Positions 1 through 9,690 of a stretch of DNA of 64,000 nucleotides are shown in pieces. Source of the stretch: Rhodospirillaceae bacterium (GTDB lineage Bacteria; Pseudomonadota; Alphaproteobacteria; Bin65); assembly GCA_011523655.1 (NCBI GenBank), contig WTGH01000015.1, positions 4,661-68,660 on the forward strand, in the 5' to 3' direction. Numbering within the stretch: the first letter of the stretch is position 1; each line of letters opens with the position of its first letter. The notes beneath the pieces are model-generated. The model was not told the origin of the DNA. It did no database searches and saw nothing but the letters and a program-made list of their open reading frames with translations. Made by a program: the position numbers and the translations under genes.

Positions 1-162
1 TCGCCAACTAGCAGCATAACATCGACCAGGATGAGCAGGTGCCTTTTTTGGAAAACAACGCCCGGCGTCCCATCCAATCTGATGACGGTCAAAGATGACT
101 AGATCGAACGAGCTGTGCGGCAGTTCCGATGACGGACACCCCTTGGCGGGCAAAGAATCCGG

Positions 163-191
163 TTGACGCGAGAAGAATTTTTGACTATAAA
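163..191 (+). promoter_or_regulatory. putative sigma70-type promoter upstream of the M20 peptidase gene
   Basis: TTGACG (163-168), a 17-nt spacer, then TATAAA (186-191). It lies about 48 nt upstream of the ATG at 239 in AT-rich DNA. Confidence 0.4.
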
Positions 192-238
192 TTTCATCGA
201 AAATTGACCGTTTACATGCTCATCAGAAAATATTCGAT

Positions 239-1573
239 ATGAGTAAGGTCATGGCATCGATTTCCACGACTCCTTTCGAGCAGGAAGTGTGGCGATGTAT
301 TGATCAGAATTACCTCGCAGACCTTGCCAAAAACCTCGTTGATATCCCAAGCCCTACGGGCCAAGAGCGCGATGTTGCAGTCTTCTACCGCGACGCACTC
401 GCAGAGGCCGGGGTGCCAGCGTTCCTTCAGGAGATTGAGTCCGAGCGCTTCAACGTGATTGGCCGGCTCAAGGGCGACGGGTCTGGAATTACACTAATGT
501 TCAACGGACACCTCGACACGTCTTATTTCGGAGCCGGCCGCGAGCTGCCAGACTTACCGGGTTACCGCCCAAAGGCCTGGGAACAGGATGGATGGCTTTA
601 TGGGCTTGGCATCTACAACATGAAGGGGGCGCTCGCCTGTTATGTCGCTGCGGTCCGAGCAATCATCAACGCAGGTGTGAAGCTAGCGGGTGACGTAGTT
701 ATAGCGGGTGTCGCCGGCGAAGTTGAAATGGGACCTATCGGTCGCTTCCAAGGGCGTACATACCGGGGTGGGGGTGTTGGTTCGCGGCACCTCGTCACTC
801 ACGGCGTGACCGCCGACATGGCCATCTTTGGAGAGCCCACCGCACTCAATCTAGTGGTCGGCCACATGGGTTACGTGTTCGCAAGAGTGACCACTCGCGG
901 CGCGCCGGCCCATGGCAACTATGGCGACCCCACTGACAACGCGATATTGAAGATGATGCGGCTTATCGCGGCGCTACAGACTTGGGCAGACGAATACAGG
1001 CGTACACATACCTATAGAGGGCGTGGTGCAACCGTTACCATCGGTGCCATTGAAGGTGGCACCCCCTTCCGCTGTTGCCGCATGCCGCTCGAATGCTCCG
1101 TGTACGTAGATGTTCGTATCGTGCCAGGCGCGCATCCTATCGATGTCCAGTATGCGCTCGCCGATTTTCTGCGGGACTTTAGTGAGCGTAATCCCGAGAT
1201 TTCAGCTGAACTCGATTGCTATGTCACGAATCCCGGCGTCGAAATCGCCGAATCTCATCCGCTTACCCGCGCAGTAGCGGAATCCCATCGCGCAGTCTTC
1301 GGAGAGGACGTAGTCATCGCACCGGAGGGATGGTCGTCCGATGCTGTGCATCTCTGCTCCTACGGCGTACCGGGTCTGAACTACGGCCCTTCCGGACGCA
1401 CGTGTTCGGGTACTGCCGGATGGGATCCGGCGGCTGGTGAACACGTCGCTATCTCCGATCTGGTGCAGGCAGCGCAGGTCTACGCAAAGACAATACTGCA
1501 TCTTTGCACGAAACCACGCGCAGAAGTGATGCCAACCCGTCCACCGCTCGCTTGGGGAGCGGCTGGAAGCTGA
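239..1573 (+). CDS. M20 family metallopeptidase/deacylase (ArgE/DapE/ACY1-like)
   Basis: 444-aa ORF with an FNGHLDT-type metal-binding motif and M20-like length and layout. ATG start. Confidence 0.8.
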   Translation: MSKVMASISTTPFEQEVWRCIDQNYLADLAKNLVDIPSPTGQERDVAVFYRDALAEAGVPAFLQEIESERFNVIGRLKGDGSGITLMFNGHLDTSYFGAGRELPDLPGYRPKAWEQDGWLYGLGIYNMKGALACYVAAVRAIINAGVKLAGDVVIAGVAGEVEMGPIGRFQGRTYRGGGVGSRHLVTHGVTADMAIFGEPTALNLVVGHMGYVFARVTTRGAPAHGNYGDPTDNAILKMMRLIAALQTWADEYRRTHTYRGRGATVTIGAIEGGTPFRCCRMPLECSVYVDVRIVPGAHPIDVQYALADFLRDFSERNPEISAELDCYVTNPGVEIAESHPLTRAVAESHRAVFGEDVVIAPEGWSSDAVHLCSYGVPGLNYGPSGRTCSGTAGWDPAAGEHVAISDLVQAAQVYAKTILHLCTKPRAEVMPTRPPLAWGAAGS

Positions 1574-1612
1574 TCGTACAAAAGGCTCCGGCCGGCTGTC
1601 GGGGGGAAACAA

Positions 1613-2569
1613 ATGACATCTGAGCGATATCGGATAAATCATCAGGTGGTCGGTATCGCGACGTTCTATAAATCGCCGATTTGCGAAGATCTGGATGAAT
1701 TGGATGCGGATGTGGCCATAGTCGGAATTCCCTGGGACGAGGGAGTCGGATACATGCCAGGCGCGCGCTTCGGCCCGCGAGCAATCAGGGAGGCATCCAC
1801 ACGTTACGGCTTCAACGATCGGGGCGATCGCGCCAACGGCTATTGGGACGTGGACGAGGAACGGCGCTTGCTTACCGACGTGCGAATCGTCGACTGCGGC
1901 GATGTAGACACGCTCTATACAGATTTCAGCTACACAAATTCGTCGATCACCGAGACAATCAAGAGAATTCTCGCCGCCGGTGCGCTACCGGCTGTCATCG
2001 GCGGCAATCACTCGACGACACCGGCAGTAGTCGCAGCATTCGAATCGCTCGGCCCCATCGACGTGGTGCACATCGACGCGCACATCGACTACCGAGATAG
2101 CATTATGTCGGTGCGCTATTTCGCCGGTAGTCCGATGCGGCGTGTATCGGAGCTGAAATTCGTGCGCCATATTGCGCAGCTAGGACTACGCAGTTGGGGC
2201 ACTCGGGAGGAGGACTACAAAGACTCCCTCGCACGCGGTAACCGCATTATTACTGCGCGGCAGATTAAGGGTTGGGGTACAAGGCGCACGCTCGATGAAA
2301 TTCCGAAGATGGACCGCGTCTTTGTGAGCCTCGATCTCGACGTGTTCGACCCGGCTGTTGTGTCTGGAGTCGGCAGTCCGACCCCGGGCGGACTTAACTA
2401 TGACCAAGTCAAAGATCTGCTCGTTGGAATCGCGCGGCAATCCGAAATCGTCGGCTACGACTTGGTCGAAGCAAATCCACTCGTGGACCGGACGGGAAAT
2501 TCTGCTGTTACCGCTGCGTGGCTGAACTTGGAGTTTCTTGCGGCAATCTTCGACCGTGACCGTCAATGA
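1613..2569 (+). CDS. ureohydrolase (arginase/agmatinase/guanidino-acid hydrolase family)
   Basis: 318 aa. Mn-ligand motifs GGNHS, DAHIDY and SLDLDVFDP are typical of the arginase fold. Confidence 0.85.
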   Translation: MTSERYRINHQVVGIATFYKSPICEDLDELDADVAIVGIPWDEGVGYMPGARFGPRAIREASTRYGFNDRGDRANGYWDVDEERRLLTDVRIVDCGDVDTLYTDFSYTNSSITETIKRILAAGALPAVIGGNHSTTPAVVAAFESLGPIDVVHIDAHIDYRDSIMSVRYFAGSPMRRVSELKFVRHIAQLGLRSWGTREEDYKDSLARGNRIITARQIKGWGTRRTLDEIPKMDRVFVSLDLDVFDPAVVSGVGSPTPGGLNYDQVKDLLVGIARQSEIVGYDLVEANPLVDRTGNSAVTAAWLNLEFLAAIFDRDRQ

Positions 2570-2639
2570 TTGCCCGAGTCGCAAGAGTATACATCCGGTA
2601 TACTCAGGTAAAAAGAACCAGTAATGAGGAGGAGACACC

Positions 2640-3506
2640 ATGACATACATAACACGAAATCTCACAGACAACGCCTTCCTACGCGCCCTGTTGACAGGAG
2701 TCGTTATCACGGTCGCGCTCTGCATCGCCGGCCAGGCGTTCGGAGGAACCCTTGACGACATCAAGAAGCGGGGAAAGATTGTTGTTGCGACTGAGGCGGC
2801 CTACCCTCCGTTCGAATTCGTCAAAGACGGAAAAATTGTCGGTTATGGCAAAGACATACTCGATGCCTGTATCGAAAAACTCGGTGTAAAACTCGATCAG
2901 CTTGACCTGCCGTACCAGGGTATTTTTGGCGGGCTGATGGCGAAGAAATATGACTTTGTCGCCACCGCCGTCGGAATGCATCCGGAACGGCAGCTCAAGT
3001 ACGCCTTCACTGTGCCGATCGCCGAAGGTGCGGCCGCTGTGATGAAGCGCGCCGGCGACAGTCGTATCAACAAGGCCGAGGACATCTCGGGCAAGATCGT
3101 TGGTACACAGCTCGGGTCGGCCATGGAGAAAATCGCGTTGGCGTTTGAGAAAAAACTCAAAGCCAAGGGCATGGCTGGTTATAAGGAGCTGAAGCTGTTC
3201 AAAGCAGCACCGGAAGCCTACTTGTCCCTCGCCAACGGCCAGTTGGACGCCGTTATCCAGAACTCTACACAAATCGGGCTCATGATAAAGGAGAAGCCGG
3301 GCATTTATGAGACCGTCGAGCGCATTTGGGAGAAGCGGTACATCGGATGGATCGCACGACCCGACTCCAAGGATTTGCGCGACTTCTTCAGCAGTTGCAT
3401 AATCGAGCTGCGCGACAACGGTAAACTCTACGCGATGCAGGAAAAGTGGTTCGGTTTTCGAATGGCTATTCCTGACAAGGATTTTCGCGTCCCAGGTGCT
3501 CAATAA
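2640..3506 (+). CDS. polar amino-acid ABC transporter substrate-binding protein (family 3)
   Basis: 288 aa with an N-terminal signal/TM segment. AGGAGGAG RBS just upstream of the ATG. SBP_bac_3-like sequence (VATEAAYPPFEF). Confidence 0.85.
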   Translation: MTYITRNLTDNAFLRALLTGVVITVALCIAGQAFGGTLDDIKKRGKIVVATEAAYPPFEFVKDGKIVGYGKDILDACIEKLGVKLDQLDLPYQGIFGGLMAKKYDFVATAVGMHPERQLKYAFTVPIAEGAAAVMKRAGDSRINKAEDISGKIVGTQLGSAMEKIALAFEKKLKAKGMAGYKELKLFKAAPEAYLSLANGQLDAVIQNSTQIGLMIKEKPGIYETVERIWEKRYIGWIARPDSKDLRDFFSSCIIELRDNGKLYAMQEKWFGFRMAIPDKDFRVPGAQ

Positions 3507-3602
3507 GGTCCGATAACGGCTGCGGCCGGCGCTGCTCGTTGGCCGCAGCCTCTTCCACACGCTATAAGCGCCGGTCCCGGGCGTCGAGTAAAATTTTGTC
3601 CC

Positions 3603-4262
3603 ATGATTTTTGAGATCGACCATACGTTTAATGCTGTCGACCCTCTTGCGCGGGCGGCTGTGGTGAATCTCTTCTTCGGTATATGTTCGGTTTTTGCTGG
3701 CTTTTTTGTTAGTATAGCGTGGACCCTTATCGGGACACTGACGGTGCGGCCGATCGATTGGATGTTGACTTTCGTTCTCTCATTCATCCGCGGAACGCCA
3801 CTATTAGTACAAATATTCTGCATTTACTTTCTACTCCCTAGGCTCGGTCTGGAACTGAGCGCTACCGCGTCGGCGCTAATCGCATTGACACTGCATACGT
3901 CCGCGTTCATGACGGAGATCATGCGCGGCGGTCTCGCCTCAATACCGCCGGGCCAATACGAGGCAGCCAGTGCGCTCGGGCTGAAAGGCGTAGCACTCTG
4001 GTTTCGTGTCATCCTGCCCCAGGCGGTGATTAAGATCATACCGCCGCTTATCAATGAGTTTGTGCTGATGATGAAGGCTACTCCGCTGGTGTCGGTAATT
4101 GCTATCACCGAAGCGTTGCGGACTGCCCAGCAAATCTATTCAGCCAATTTCCGGGCTCTTGAGACTTTGGTTGCCCTGGCCGCAATTTTCTTTCTTCTGA
4201 ACTTTACGATCAGTCGGCTGGGTCACGTCGTTGAGCGCCGACTCCGGATTCGCACATTGTAA
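3603..4262 (+). CDS. amino-acid ABC transporter permease (HisM/HisQ type)
   Basis: 219-aa multi-TM protein with an EAA-like loop (EAASALGL). Confidence 0.85.
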   Translation: MIFEIDHTFNAVDPLARAAVVNLFFGICSVFAGFFVSIAWTLIGTLTVRPIDWMLTFVLSFIRGTPLLVQIFCIYFLLPRLGLELSATASALIALTLHTSAFMTEIMRGGLASIPPGQYEAASALGLKGVALWFRVILPQAVIKIIPPLINEFVLMMKATPLVSVIAITEALRTAQQIYSANFRALETLVALAAIFFLLNFTISRLGHVVERRLRIRTL

Positions 4263-4278
4263 CGTTGGGAGGCGGTAT

Positions 4279-5001
4279 ATGGCAGTCGACCTAGAGTTCA
4301 TGAGAACCTATGTGCCGGTCATCCTTGACGGTTATCTCATGACGCTTTCGATCGTCAGTGTCGCCTTTATCCTGGCGTGGGCGATTGGCATCGTCGTCGG
4401 GCTCTGCCGGCTGTCCCGGTATGCGGTGCTGCGCGCAATCGCGGTCACTTACGTCGAGGTGATACGGAATATCCCCTTGGCAATACAGGTATTTCTTATC
4501 TTCTACACGCTTCCATTCTTCGGGATATTTCTTTCAGCATACGGGTTCGGTGTCGTCGCACTGGCAATTTACATCTCCTCCTATTATGCCGAACTTATTC
4601 GCGGTGCCGTGAATTCGGTTCCACGAAGCCAGTATGAATCGGCACGCGGCGTAGGCATGAGTTATCTACAGGCGATGCGCCGTGTAGTCTTTCCGCAAAT
4701 GTTCGGTTACCTCATTCCACCTGCAACAAACCAGACAATCACCTTGATCAAGGAATCTTCTGTTCTTTCGATAATTACTGTGCCGGAACTTACTATGGCC
4801 GCGCACACGGTGTCTGGCATCACCTATAGCTATGTCGAAGTGTTTCTGATGATTGCGATTCTCTATTGGGTGACAACGCTATCCCTGCTGGTGGCGTCGC
4901 GCTTGTTGGAATTTGTGACACAGCGTTACCGTTATCTCGAATCGCGGCCTGGAAGTCGTACCGGCGCGGCGGAACTAAACCTGGAACGGGTCGGTCGATG
5001 A
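4279..5001 (+). CDS. amino-acid ABC transporter permease
   Basis: The internal ATG at 4279 is preceded by GGGAGG. About 240 aa, multi-TM, with an EAA-like loop (ESARGVGM). The ORF track start at 4231 is probably too far upstream. Confidence 0.85.
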   Translation: MAVDLEFMRTYVPVILDGYLMTLSIVSVAFILAWAIGIVVGLCRLSRYAVLRAIAVTYVEVIRNIPLAIQVFLIFYTLPFFGIFLSAYGFGVVALAIYISSYYAELIRGAVNSVPRSQYESARGVGMSYLQAMRRVVFPQMFGYLIPPATNQTITLIKESSVLSIITVPELTMAAHTVSGITYSYVEVFLMIAILYWVTTLSLLVASRLLEFVTQRYRYLESRPGSRTGAAELNLERVGR

Positions 5002-5852
5002 CAGGACGCGGCGCCACAATAGAGCTTCGCGGCGTCGCCAAGTCCTTCGGTCGGGTGCAGGCGGTGTGCGATGTCGACCTGCAGGTTGCCGCCGGTGAGG
5101 TGATCGTCGTATTCGGACCGAGCGGTTGCGGCAAGAGCACTTTGCTTCGCTGTATCAACTTCCTTGTCGAACCGGATGCCGGATTCGTGTTTATCGACGG
5201 CACACCTATGGGCCGCGTTCCCGTGAACGGGGGAGCGAGAGTACGTCGAGATCGCGAAAGGAATATCAACCGCATGCGTGCCGACATCGGCGTAGTGTTT
5301 CAAAACTTCAACCTATGGCCGCACCGCACAACATTCGAGAACGTGACCGAAGCGCTGATAAGAGTGAGAGGCATGAGGGAGGAGAAAGCAGAAGCACGAG
5401 CGATGGAGGCCCTTGATCAGGTGGGTATGGCTGCCTTCGCGGACCGTCTTCCGGCAAGGCTTTCAGGGGGCCAGCAGCAGCGGGTCGCCATTGCCCGGGC
5501 ACTCGCCATGGATCCGAAAATACTTCTGCTCGACGAGCCGACGTCTTCTTTGGATCCGATCCTCGTAAACGAGGTCCTTGGCGCGATCCGTGACCTGGCG
5601 CACCAGGGAATGACCATGCTGATTGTGACACATCATCTCGGGTTCGCGCGGCAACTGGCAGACCGCCTCGTATTTATGGATCACGGCGCAATTCTCGAGC
5701 AAGGTTCGCCCGACATCGTGTTGAATTCGCCCACATCAGACCGTCTGAAGGTTTTCCTTTCGCTCATCCTGTCCGGAGCGGCGTCGGCGGAAAAACCGTC
5801 TGCTGCCTTGTCAGACCGTGCACAAACGCTTGAATCAAAGATGACACCATGA
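4998..5852 (+). CDS. amino-acid ABC transporter ATP-binding protein
   Basis: The ATG at 4998 overlaps the upstream stop (ATGA). Walker A GPSGCGKST, signature LSGGQQQR, Walker B LLLDEPTS. Confidence 0.9.
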   Translation: MTGRGATIELRGVAKSFGRVQAVCDVDLQVAAGEVIVVFGPSGCGKSTLLRCINFLVEPDAGFVFIDGTPMGRVPVNGGARVRRDRERNINRMRADIGVVFQNFNLWPHRTTFENVTEALIRVRGMREEKAEARAMEALDQVGMAAFADRLPARLSGGQQQRVAIARALAMDPKILLLDEPTSSLDPILVNEVLGAIRDLAHQGMTMLIVTHHLGFARQLADRLVFMDHGAILEQGSPDIVLNSPTSDRLKVFLSLILSGAASAEKPSAALSDRAQTLESKMTP

Positions 5853-6445
5853 CTAGAGAACTTCTGATCGAAGCGGGATACGGCGGGCGGCTGGACCTAC
5901 GCGAAGGTGAGTTACTCGAGGTGGTGAATGTCGAAGGACAACAAATCTGCGACTTCTTCGCCTTCAACGCGAACGACGTTAAGGAGTTTCTCTCGCCGGC
6001 GCACTGTCGGGCGACACTGCGGCGGGTAACGCTCGGAGTCGACGACAAGCTCGTAAGCGTGTATCGACGACCGATGATCGAGATCGTTCAGGACACGTCG
6101 GACGGCGTACACGATATTTGCTTTCCGTCCTGCGATCGGCAACGCTACCTGCTTGGTTTTGGAATACCCGACCACCGCAATTGCCGCGCCAACCTTGCTG
6201 AAGCCGTAGCGGATTTCGGCATCCCCTATGAATACCTGCCCGATCCGATCAACTTTTTCCAGAATACGCCCATTCGAAGCGACGGCAGTTTTGAGACCGG
6301 CACCTCACCGGCGCGACCGGGCGACAAAATCGTGCTGCGGGCGCTCATGAACTTGATTGTCGTCGGCTCTGCTTGTCCGCACGACATTTACCCGACCAAT
6401 GGCGAGCGGATCACCGACGTCAAATTGGTCGTCCGTAACGACTAG
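5849..6445 (+). CDS. DUF1989 (urea-carboxylase-associated / carboxyguanidine-deiminase family) protein
   Basis: 198 aa. The family was recognised from memory of its N-terminal pattern (GELLEVVNVEGQQICDFFAF). ATGA overlap with the ABC ATPase stop. Confidence 0.6.
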   Translation: MTRELLIEAGYGGRLDLREGELLEVVNVEGQQICDFFAFNANDVKEFLSPAHCRATLRRVTLGVDDKLVSVYRRPMIEIVQDTSDGVHDICFPSCDRQRYLLGFGIPDHRNCRANLAEAVADFGIPYEYLPDPINFFQNTPIRSDGSFETGTSPARPGDKIVLRALMNLIVVGSACPHDIYPTNGERITDVKLVVRND

Positions 6446-6454
6446 AACCTAGCC

Positions 6455-7840
6455 ATGTCGCGTGCAGCGAGATCGCGCATCATATCAGAGAAGGTGCGCT
6501 GCGACTTAATTGTCGAGGGTGGGGTGCTGCTCACGCTCGACGACGAAGATCGTCGCATCCCCGACGGCAGTGTGGCCATTTCGGGAAATCGCATTGTGGC
6601 GGTCGACAGAAGCGACGAGATCGCACGTCGCTTTCAATCTGTCTCCACGGTTGATGCCAGGCGGCACCTCGTGCTGCCGGGATTTGTCAACGTACACAAC
6701 CATACACCCACCGTGCTCTATCGGGGCGCAATAGAAGATGTGGGTATCGCGCCTTCCTACCTGTCGGGGATACCGAAAGCATACGCGCTCTCACGGGAGC
6801 AAAGCTATCACCTGGCGCGTCTCGGCCTCTATGAGCTCCTGCGCTTCGGGACAACCACGGTTGCGGACTCCTTCCACGATCCGGAGGCTCTCGCCGAAGC
6901 TCTCCGGGACACGGGACTCCGCGGCTTCGTGAACGGACGCATTCAGGATGTAGAGGGCGCCTCCCTGATCGAGGGCGGGACACTCGAACACCGGCACGAG
7001 TTGGGCGCGCGCCGGCTCGCGGATTGCCTCGAAATCATCGAGCGCTGGCACGATGCCGCCGACGGGCGCATCCAGGGACTGCTCGCCCCGCACGCGACCA
7101 ACACCTGTTCTCGCGAGCTACTGCGCGAGGTGCGCCGTGCCGGAGAGAAACTGCCGGTGCGTTTTCATATCCATCTCTCGCAGAGCAAGTCCGAGAACGA
7201 CCAAGTTCATGAGCACTACTGTATGACACCGACTGAGCTGCTCGACGATGTGGGACTATTGGACGAGCGGTTGGTGGCGGCACACTGTCTGTTTGTCGAG
7301 AATTCGGATATTAGGCGTATCGGTATGGCGAACGTCGCCGTTGCACATGTCCCTATCGGTAACGCAAAGGCCGGGCTTCTCGCACCGATCCTGGAGCTGG
7401 AGCGGGCCGGCGCCGTTATCGCGATCGGCAGCGATACCGTTTCGGCCGATGTCTTCGAGTCTATGCGCACGGCCATCAGCCTTGCGCGCATTCGCGGCAC
7501 CGGTCGCACGCTCAACGCAGCGCATGCGCTTAGGTGGGCAACTCGCAACGGCGCTGCAGCGCTCGGCATCGCGGACGAGGTCGGCATACTGGCACCCGGC
7601 ATGAAGGCTGACGTCATCGCGGTCGACGTCGATTCGCCGAATCTGGCAACTCTTGTCGATGTCGCGGGAATCCTCGTTTACAGCGGCCGCGGCACTAACG
7701 TGGACTTCGTCCTGGTCGACGGGCAATTCGTGCTTCGGGACGGACAACCGGTGCAGTTCGACGGAGCGGAAGTGCTTGCCCAAGCGCGCAAGGTCATCCG
7801 CCGCCTATGGACTGCGGAAGGTCGGCCACCGTTGATGTAA
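6455..7840 (+). CDS. metal-dependent amidohydrolase (chlorohydrolase/aminohydrolase superfamily, SsnA/MtaD/AtzA-like)
   Basis: 461 aa. HxH motif in FVNVHNHT, a later HxH-type His (HIHLSQS), and a C-terminal Asp region (IGSDT). Confidence 0.8.
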   Translation: MSRAARSRIISEKVRCDLIVEGGVLLTLDDEDRRIPDGSVAISGNRIVAVDRSDEIARRFQSVSTVDARRHLVLPGFVNVHNHTPTVLYRGAIEDVGIAPSYLSGIPKAYALSREQSYHLARLGLYELLRFGTTTVADSFHDPEALAEALRDTGLRGFVNGRIQDVEGASLIEGGTLEHRHELGARRLADCLEIIERWHDAADGRIQGLLAPHATNTCSRELLREVRRAGEKLPVRFHIHLSQSKSENDQVHEHYCMTPTELLDDVGLLDERLVAAHCLFVENSDIRRIGMANVAVAHVPIGNAKAGLLAPILELERAGAVIAIGSDTVSADVFESMRTAISLARIRGTGRTLNAAHALRWATRNGAAALGIADEVGILAPGMKADVIAVDVDSPNLATLVDVAGILVYSGRGTNVDFVLVDGQFVLRDGQPVQFDGAEVLAQARKVIRRLWTAEGRPPLM

Positions 7841-7870
7841 TGGCGCGTAGCGCCGAATCGCGTAGACATT

Positions 7871-9283
7871 ATGGACGCAGCAACGCCAGCGTTGTGGAAA
7901 CTGTCGATCGCGCGCCTCGGCGCGATGCTGGAACGAGGCGAGATCTCGGCGATCGAGCTTCTCGATGCGCATCTCGGACGGATCGATGCGGTAAATCCGA
8001 CGTTGAACGCAATCGTGCATCTGGATCTGGACGGTGCGCGTGCCGCGGCCGAAGCGTCGGATGCACGGACGGCGAGGAATGCTCGAGTGGGCTTGCTCGA
8101 TGGCATTCCACTGCTCGTCAAGGACAACATCTACGTGCGCGGCGTGCCCGCCACCTGGGGAAGCCATCTGTTTGCTGATCATGTTCCGAAGGAAGACGAG
8201 ATCGGTGTCGAGCGGTTGCGCGACGCCGGAATGGTGTTGCTCGGCAAGACGAACACGCCGGAATTTGCGGTCCAGGGTTATACGGGGAATTTGCGTTTTG
8301 GCGTGACGCGCAATCCTTGGAATCCAGCGCTCACGCCCGGCGGATCCAGTGGAGGATCGGTTGCAGCTGTCGCCTGCGGGATGGCGCCCGCAGCCCTTGG
8401 GACAGACGGTGGCGGCTCGACGCGCCGCCCGGCTGGGTATGTCGGGATCGTCGGGCTGAAAGCATCCACCGGGCGCATTCCTCGGTATCGCGGTTTTCCG
8501 CCGATCAGCCTCGACTTCGAAGCCATCTGTCCCGTCGCACGCACCGTTGACGATCTGGAACTTCTGTATCGGTGTATGGCCGGTCCCGACCTGCGCGATC
8601 GGTCATCAATGCTGTTTTCGCAAGCATTGCGCGCGAAGCCGGCGACCCGAATGAAACCGAAACGTATCCGCTACATAGAACGCGTCGCCGACAGCCCGGT
8701 GGACCCTACCATCGTTGCAAGCGTCGGACAGGTGGCGCAAAACTTGGAACGACTTGGCCACCATGTCGATCCCGGCCCAGCGCCCTATGAGCTCGATTTA
8801 CTGGACCGGATCTACGCAGTCGTCATCGGCACTGCCCTCTCCCGTCTCCTGGCGCCGTATTCCGAAAAGCTAGACGAAGTCGGAAAACCGATACGCGCAT
8901 TAGCCCAGGCCGGGTACAGCGCACTCGACTACCATGAGGTCTTGGGCGCAGTACACAAGATGCGTGCACAGGTTGGGGAGCTTTTCGAGAAAGTCGAACT
9001 GATCTTGACGCCCAGCGCTGCCGCTATGCCGTGGCCTGCAGAGCAGGTCTATCCGCCGGTTATTGCGGATCGGCCGGCGGCCCCGCGCGCGCATGCGCCC
9101 TACACTCGATTTGTCAATGTGGTAGGTTATCCTGCTATCGCACTGCCTGCCGGCCCCTCCCTCGACGGCACACCGATTGGCTTTCAATTAATTGCCCGTT
9201 TTGGCGCAGAAGACGGCTTACTAGCAATCGCCAGTCAGTATGAATCCGCATATCGGAACCCAAATCGCTGGCCTGACATCTAA
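7871..9283 (+). CDS. amidase (amidase-signature family)
   Basis: 470 aa. GGSSGGS signature and an upstream catalytic Lys context (LLVKDNI). Confidence 0.85.
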   Translation: MDAATPALWKLSIARLGAMLERGEISAIELLDAHLGRIDAVNPTLNAIVHLDLDGARAAAEASDARTARNARVGLLDGIPLLVKDNIYVRGVPATWGSHLFADHVPKEDEIGVERLRDAGMVLLGKTNTPEFAVQGYTGNLRFGVTRNPWNPALTPGGSSGGSVAAVACGMAPAALGTDGGGSTRRPAGYVGIVGLKASTGRIPRYRGFPPISLDFEAICPVARTVDDLELLYRCMAGPDLRDRSSMLFSQALRAKPATRMKPKRIRYIERVADSPVDPTIVASVGQVAQNLERLGHHVDPGPAPYELDLLDRIYAVVIGTALSRLLAPYSEKLDEVGKPIRALAQAGYSALDYHEVLGAVHKMRAQVGELFEKVELILTPSAAAMPWPAEQVYPPVIADRPAAPRAHAPYTRFVNVVGYPAIALPAGPSLDGTPIGFQLIARFGAEDGLLAIASQYESAYRNPNRWPDI

Positions 9284-9339
9284 CCTCGTATTTTCCATTC
9301 AGTCTGGTCAACAGCAAGCGCTCGACCGGTGCGTTTGCC

Positions 9340-9690
9340 TCACCCGCTCACATAGCCTTCCAGCAGATCGTGTTCCGCGGCAGCGGCGCCACGCCGTCGC
9401 CGCACACGACGACGGCGAATTCGCGCGGGTCGAGGCCGTGTTCGGGTATGTGGATGCGCACCGTGTTGGCCATCTTCTCGACCACGACGCGGAAGATCGC
9501 CTCCTCTGCTGTCGCGACATCGACCGATCGGGGAACGGCGATCGCCGCGGGAATTGCGGCGGCGGGGGCCAAATCGAGCGGAATATCGCCGCCGAGCAAT
9601 CCGCCAGGATTAAGATAGCCGAGCATCAGGCAGGCGTCGGAGACGATCGGCTCGCGCCCGCCGTGGCAGGCCGAGCCGGGATCGCTGCCC
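9340..9690 (-). pseudogene. relic of a third hyuA-hyuB pair: an internal HyuA fragment fused to the last ~16 codons of HyuB
   Basis: The minus-strand translation GSDPGSACHGG...SDACLMLGYLNPGG...REFAVVVCG is about 70% identical by eye to residues of HyuA at 16661-18763. In another frame, 9340-9390 reads GAAAAEHDLLEGYVSG-stop, matching the HyuB C-terminus (...DLREGYVSS) at 15015. Confidence 0.7.
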
